Source of the DNA: Escherichia coli
GTDB lineage: Bacteria > Pseudomonadota > Gammaproteobacteria > Enterobacterales > Enterobacteriaceae
Strand: one strand, 5' to 3'
DNA: 64,000 nucleotides
Assembly (NCBI RefSeq): GCF_044324785.1
Contig: NZ_CP172127.1
The translations under genes were made by a program, and so were the position numbers. The stretch's first letter is position 1. Each line of letters starts with the position of its first letter. The notes below the pieces were generated by a model. It worked only from the letters and a program-made list of their open reading frames with translations. It was not told the origin of the DNA and made no database searches. Positions 59,314 to 64,000 of the stretch are shown here, in pieces.

Positions 59314-59565
59314 TCAACAATAAGTATAATGAGGTTGTCCCGGCACCGGTGGCAGTGGTTCGAGATAGACGTCATCAACAAAAACACAGGGGAATTTTTC
59401 AACTGCACATCCAGCACGCTCAGACATTACCTTCAGACTGATACCATGTTTCTCAGCATCAATAAAGAGGACATCTGCCCCTGTTTCATCCCGGAGATTT
59501 GTCGCATGATGCATGATCCGGTGTACTGAAGGACATGTTTTGTAACCAAAAACACATATACGCAT
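59314..59565 (-). CDS. Glutaredoxin-like small protein (CPxV variant)
   Basis: MRICVFGYKTCPSVHRIM ... KFPCVFVDD fits the glutaredoxin/NrdH fold pattern with the second active-site Cys replaced. Confidence 0.4.
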   Translation of the reverse strand: MRICVFGYKTCPSVHRIMHHATNLRDETGADVLFIDAEKHGISLKVMSERAGCAVEKFPCVFVDDVYLEPLPPVPGQPHYTYC

Positions 59566-60051
59566 GTTGCACCTCCTGATCACTGGTTGACGCCGATAAT
59601 AAAACAATAATGTGAGCGTAAAAAATGCACCTCATACCACATTTCTGTAAAAGGCTCTGGCTATCACTGCAAAAAGCAAAATCTTAATTCCAGCATCACT
59701 TGTTACTCTCATTCCGTCACTTATATTTACCCACATGGCGATGTATTTAATTACTGCCCATAAGAATAAAAGCCGCTGGCGGATTATTTCTTTATTACCC
59801 GGATGCGGTCACAAGCCCACACATCGTCAACTACCTGCCGGTAATATTAACTGTCAGAAGAACGCATACATCCGGATGTTTACAGAGTCGCGCGCCTGGT
59901 CACAGGTGACAACAGAAGTATGCCATACTAAAGGAGTAAACGGCGGGTCACTGGTGATCAAACACCTGCATCGTGTGTTGCTGCCACTGCCCTCAGGTGA
60001 CAGAGGCAGCATCTTTACGTATTATAATGCGTTATATCGGGTTTGTTGTTA

Positions 60052-62139
60052 TCAGAACTGATAGTTCAGCGACATCCAGTAATTTCTCTCAGGTATCACA
60101 TAACCCGTTGTCGATGCCCCCGTCTGGAAGTAATCACCCGCATAAAGCGTACCACTGCCGGCACGATACAGACTTACGTCACTGTAATCCTTGTTAAGCA
60201 CATTATTCACCGCTGCATTCAGCATCAGTGCATCCGTCACTTTCCACGACATGCCCGCATCCAGTACCGTCCAGGCTTTCAGATATTCACCTTTCTCATC
60301 ATACACTTTCTTCTGTACAGCTGAGAGTGACGAATAATTCTGGGTGAAACGTGGCGTTTTCCCGCGGTAACGGGCACCCAGCCATGATGTCACCTCTTCA
60401 GTAATCTGCCAGTTCAGTTTCGCATTCACCATATGCTCAGGGGTGTAACTCAGTGGTGCACCTTTATTATCCCCATCCCGTTGTTCACTCTGCGTCCAGG
60501 TATAATTCAGAGACAGAGTCACATCCTCTGACAACAGAGGCAGTGTGCCGGCAAATTCCACGCCCTGAGTCCTAGCCTTTCCGCTGTTTGTGTAGCTGCG
60601 GGTATTATCATCAATGGAATAAGATACGATCTTGTTGGAGAATTCTGTCATAAAGCCCGTGATATTGGCGTTCAGACCGGCATGATTATCGTAATACACG
60701 CCCGCTTCATAACTGACACTCTCCTCCGGCTTCAGGTCCGGGTTACCGAGAAGATTCGTACGCCCCTGACCGGACACACCGCTGATCCCCTTATGTAACT
60801 GCCCCATGCTGGGCGCCTTATATCCCGTGGTCACCCCACCTTTCAGCGTCCACGCATCAGTCACATCCCAGACCATATATGCCCGGGGACTGAAGTGTCC
60901 TCCGAACACCTCATAGCGTTCATAGCGGCTACCCGCAGTCAGTGCAAATGCATCCGTGATATACCACTCATCCTCAACAAATGCCGACCAGCTTTTCTGA
61001 CGGAAGGTTTCACCAGTACTGGCGAGAACAACCCCGTCTTTCATGGAGGAGTTCTGATACTCACCACCGACGGTAACCTTGTGTGATTCCCCCAGAGGTG
61101 CAAACAGTAATGAGCTCAGGATAAGATTCGACTCCTTAAGCTCCCTCGGCTGGCCGGCAAGCCCCCATTTATCACGCTGCAGTACGCTACGTACAAGCTG
61201 ACGGCCTTTATTTTCCGTCTCATTCCAGTTCAGAGATGACTTCCAGGCTCCGAAGGTGAATGTATGATCATAGCCTGCTGAAATTTTATTACGCTCATAG
61301 CGCAGGGTGCGATCATAACCGCCCGTCAGACTGCCCAGCTGGCCATCTCGGTTATCATAACGCTGCCGGGCGATATCCATATCAATCCAGAGTACATCCT
61401 TGTCCGTCGCTTTCCAGTCAAGACGACCACCTGCATTATAATTCTGTGATTCCGTGGGATAAGGGATACGCGTAGCTGAGGTGTCGCTCAGTGATGTGAC
61501 CGATGAGCCCTGACGCTGCTGTGTGCTGCCACGTACCTGAAGGCTGAGTGAATCATCCACAAGGGGACCGCTGCTCCAGAAATTAAACTGGCTGCTGTTC
61601 CCCCATTTGTTACTTTCCTGCAGGTTCAGCCCGGCATTAACCGAAGAGCGCCATTTGTCTGCATTCTTTTTGGTGATGATATTCACCACGCCCCCCATGG
61701 CATCAGAGCCGTACAGAGTGGACATGGGGCCCCTGATAATCTCAATACGTTCGATGGCGGCCAGAGGTGGCATAAAACCCGTATTCATGGCAGCATAACC
61801 GTTTGGGGTTACGTCACTGCTCCCGCCCTGACGGACACCATCGATCAGTATCAGCGTATAACTGGCAGGCATTCCGCGGATGCTGATTTCCAGCCCACCT
61901 GTTTTACCCGTACCGCTTTCAACATCCACCCCCTCTACGGATCTCAGTGCCTCCCCCAGATCATGATACTGGCTGGATCGCAAATCCTCCTGGCTGATCA
62001 CTGAAACACTCGCAGCTGCACTGGTTAATTTTTTTTCATAGCCAGACGCCGTGACTACCATCACATCTTCCGCAGCCATACTGCTGACTGAAAACCCGAG
62101 ACAAGGGATGGCTACTGAAGCCAGAGTGGTTACTCGCAT
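60052..62139 (-). CDS. TonB-dependent outer-membrane siderophore receptor, IrgA/Iha-like (695 aa)
   Basis: Signal peptide, plug-domain motifs ([26 protein letters not shown]), C-terminal aromatic residue (..NYQF); Fur box upstream. Confidence 0.8.
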   Translation of the reverse strand: [695 protein letters not shown]

Positions 62140-62188
62140 ATCTTCTCTCCGATTATATTAATCAGAGAGAAGATAAACAAACGCAAGA

Positions 62189-62207
62189 GATAATGAGAAT
62201 GATTTGC
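62189..62207. promoter_or_regulatory. Putative Fur box upstream of the TonB-dependent receptor gene
   Basis: GATAATGAGAATGATTTGC matches the 19-bp Fur consensus GATAATGATAATCATTATC at 15/19 positions, ~50 bp upstream of the start codon. Confidence 0.5.
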
Positions 62208-62451
62208 TTTTGGTTTTTACATAAAAAAGCAAAAAATTACAAAATATTACATAAGGTTCTACTATACCCCGAATTTCAGTTGAGGACGTTCTTTTCTCTA
62301 GGGGAAAGTAACGGATAGCAATCGTTGACGATCCATATCGGATTTTTGCACTATGGGTATTTATCCAATCTTTATCAGTTTCTTGTCCTTGGATATGTTA
62401 ATCATACACTATCGGATATTTCGTACATCAGACAGGTGAATATAATTAATA

Positions 62452-62736
62452 ATGAGGAGTTTTATGGACAATAGAACAATTACTCTGCAGGAATTACTCG
62501 AGTACATGTCAATGCTTCGAGACGACATGAATGCTCTCACGGTTGCATTTTCATATCTGGCTTCATCGCTTCCTAAGGAACAGATGATACAAATACTGGC
62601 ATTCATTCATTTTGAATCAAATAATTCCAGATGGTCTTCAGAACAGCAGAAATCTTTCAAATGGCTAGCATCACTACTGGAGGGCTGTTATACAGTTCAC
62701 ACAAACATTTTTGATATACCATCAAAGAACCACTAG
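62452..62736 (+). CDS. Hypothetical AT-rich orphan ORF (94 aa)
   Basis: ORF in strongly AT-rich DNA with plausible SD (AGGAG) upstream. Confidence 0.3.
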   Translation: MRSFMDNRTITLQELLEYMSMLRDDMNALTVAFSYLASSLPKEQMIQILAFIHFESNNSRWSSEQQKSFKWLASLLEGCYTVHTNIFDIPSKNH

Positions 62737-63059
62737 TACATTATGATACATTCCCTCTGAAATATATTTCTACTTTGAGCGCCTCTGACTTTATGAGGCG
62801 CTTTGTCCAGCAAACCAAACATACTCGCTGGAAACAGAGTAAAGTATTATTATCCCCGATACATCTATATTTTACAACAGCGCATCCATATATTAATTAA
62901 CGATGCAGTTAAGTTCCCCATTCTACCCAATTTACTGTTTTTGTTGTTTGAAAGAAGACTCTCATTAAGTGAGAGCCATCTGTAAGTATCCCGCATAATC
63001 GCTCCATTCATATTTAGAGATCATCCGGAATAATCAATCTGATAACGAAGAAAATCGCT

Positions 63060-63183
63060 ATGCGTAAAGCCCGTATTACTGAGTATTAGATCATCGCTGT
63101 AATTAAATCGGTTGAAACCGGACGAACAATTAAAGATGTTTGTCGGGAAGCCGGTATTTCTGAAGCCACTTACTACATCTATT
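63060..63183 (+). pseudogene. IS3-family OrfA N-terminal remnant with in-frame stop
   Basis: MRKARITEY-stop-IIAVIKSVETGRTIKDVCREAGISEATYYI is the IS3-family OrfA HTH with a premature TAG. Confidence 0.5.
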
Positions 63184-63400
63184 GACTACCTCAGTTTTGC
63201 AAGCACTGATTCTGGTTTTGGATTGTTGCTTACATCTATCCGGCATCAGGAAAACCTGTGCCCAAATAGGGAATCCACACACAATCGCCTCTACAACTGG
63301 ACGACCTCTGAGGCCAGTACAAAAATCAGGTTCCGATTGTGCAGGTGCAACCCGTCACCATTTCTCAGTACGCTGCAACTTTTGCTGAAAGAGATTAACT

Positions 63401-63628
63401 TCACACTGCCTGATATTCTGTATCATTTATCAGCATCGACCAGATTATTCTCGCGTATTTGTTAGCAATCTCCACAGTAGTTTTATTAAATTCGCGACTC
63501 TCCTTTAACTGCTTAACCCACTGATTTAGGTATACATCATTATTATTCGTAGCAACTCTAACGACAGCACGGACGCCATGAATAAAAAGTGTTTGCAGAT
63601 GCTTGTCGCCTTTTTTCGTTATATTCAT
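63401..63628 (-). pseudogene. IS110-family transposase C-terminal remnant
   Basis: KGDKHLQTLFIHGVRAVV...NKTTVEIANKYARIIWSML matches the IS110-family C-terminal domain pattern; in-frame stop 2 codons upstream of the ATG. Confidence 0.45.
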
Positions 63629-64000
63629 GAGAACTTACCTGCAGCAACTCTAGTGCAGGCATGGAAGCAGACCAAGCCATGCAGCACAGTGACGATCATT
63701 CTTAAATTCAGTGCCTTTGCCAATAATAACAGCAACAACGCTCGTGACAATTTCAGGACCAATGCCTTTAGCTTTTGCAATACGCTGACAGCATTCAGAT
63801 TGCCTGGACAGGTCTCTATTTATTTATCAAAAAAGTTTATACTACGACCGAGATCGTTAAAGAGATCATCTAAATAGCTGCGCCTAATACCACTACACTT
63901 TTGCCAGCCCATGTTTGCCTCCGGGGAACGGGCTGATGGTTTCCATAAAATGGCGAATTTTTTTCAACAGTTGCCACATTGAGCGGCACTGATGATTACG

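Noticed and set aside
63112-63465. 117-aa plus-strand ORF
   Set aside because: Runs through IS-remnant DNA in a frame different from the recognisable IS3-family OrfA fragment; likely spurious

Overview
This window reads as a mosaic accessory region of an Enterobacteriaceae-type genome (host assignment is inferred from recognisable IS5, IS911-like and ugpB sequences). All calls are from reading the sequence and the supplied ORF track; no searches were run, so family names are recognitions from memory. (1) 1-5.9 kb: the 3' end of a Type I restriction-modification operon (hsdS tail, full hsdR), followed with overlapping stop/start codons by an AT-rich two-gene module (multi-pass membrane protein plus a 280-aa soluble protein) and a RhuM-family gene. 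The two-gene module is my best candidate for an uncharacterised or poorly characterised defence system; its architecture resembles Kiwa but I cannot confirm that. (2) 5.9-12.9 kb: a gene graveyard with a frameshifted orphan gene, an IS3-family element with perfect 34-bp terminal inverted repeats, IS903-like and SSB remnants, an IS-like HTH remnant, a ugpB remnant and a decayed ABC importer. (3) 14,452-52,792: a complete ~38.3-kb Mu-like transposable prophage inserted inside a phoX-like gene, with TG...CA termini, a GTTCC(C) target-site duplication and paired GATAAAT(G/A) motifs at identical offsets from both ends. It carries repressor, Ner-like, transposase A/B, Gam, GemA, Mor, a Dam-type methyltransferase, a lysis cassette, a Mu-type head, a P2/Mu-type contractile tail and a Pin-invertase tail-fibre region with three alternative C-terminal cassettes. 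Early and late arms are divergent. (4) 53.2-64 kb: the phoX 5' part and promoter, then a decayed island with IS110-, IS911-, IS2- and IS3-like remnants, an intact IS5, an AlpA-like regulator, conjugative-transfer gene remnants, an IrgA/Iha-like TonB-dependent receptor with a Fur box, and AT-rich orphan ORFs. No rRNA, tRNA or CRISPR array was recognised by eye.
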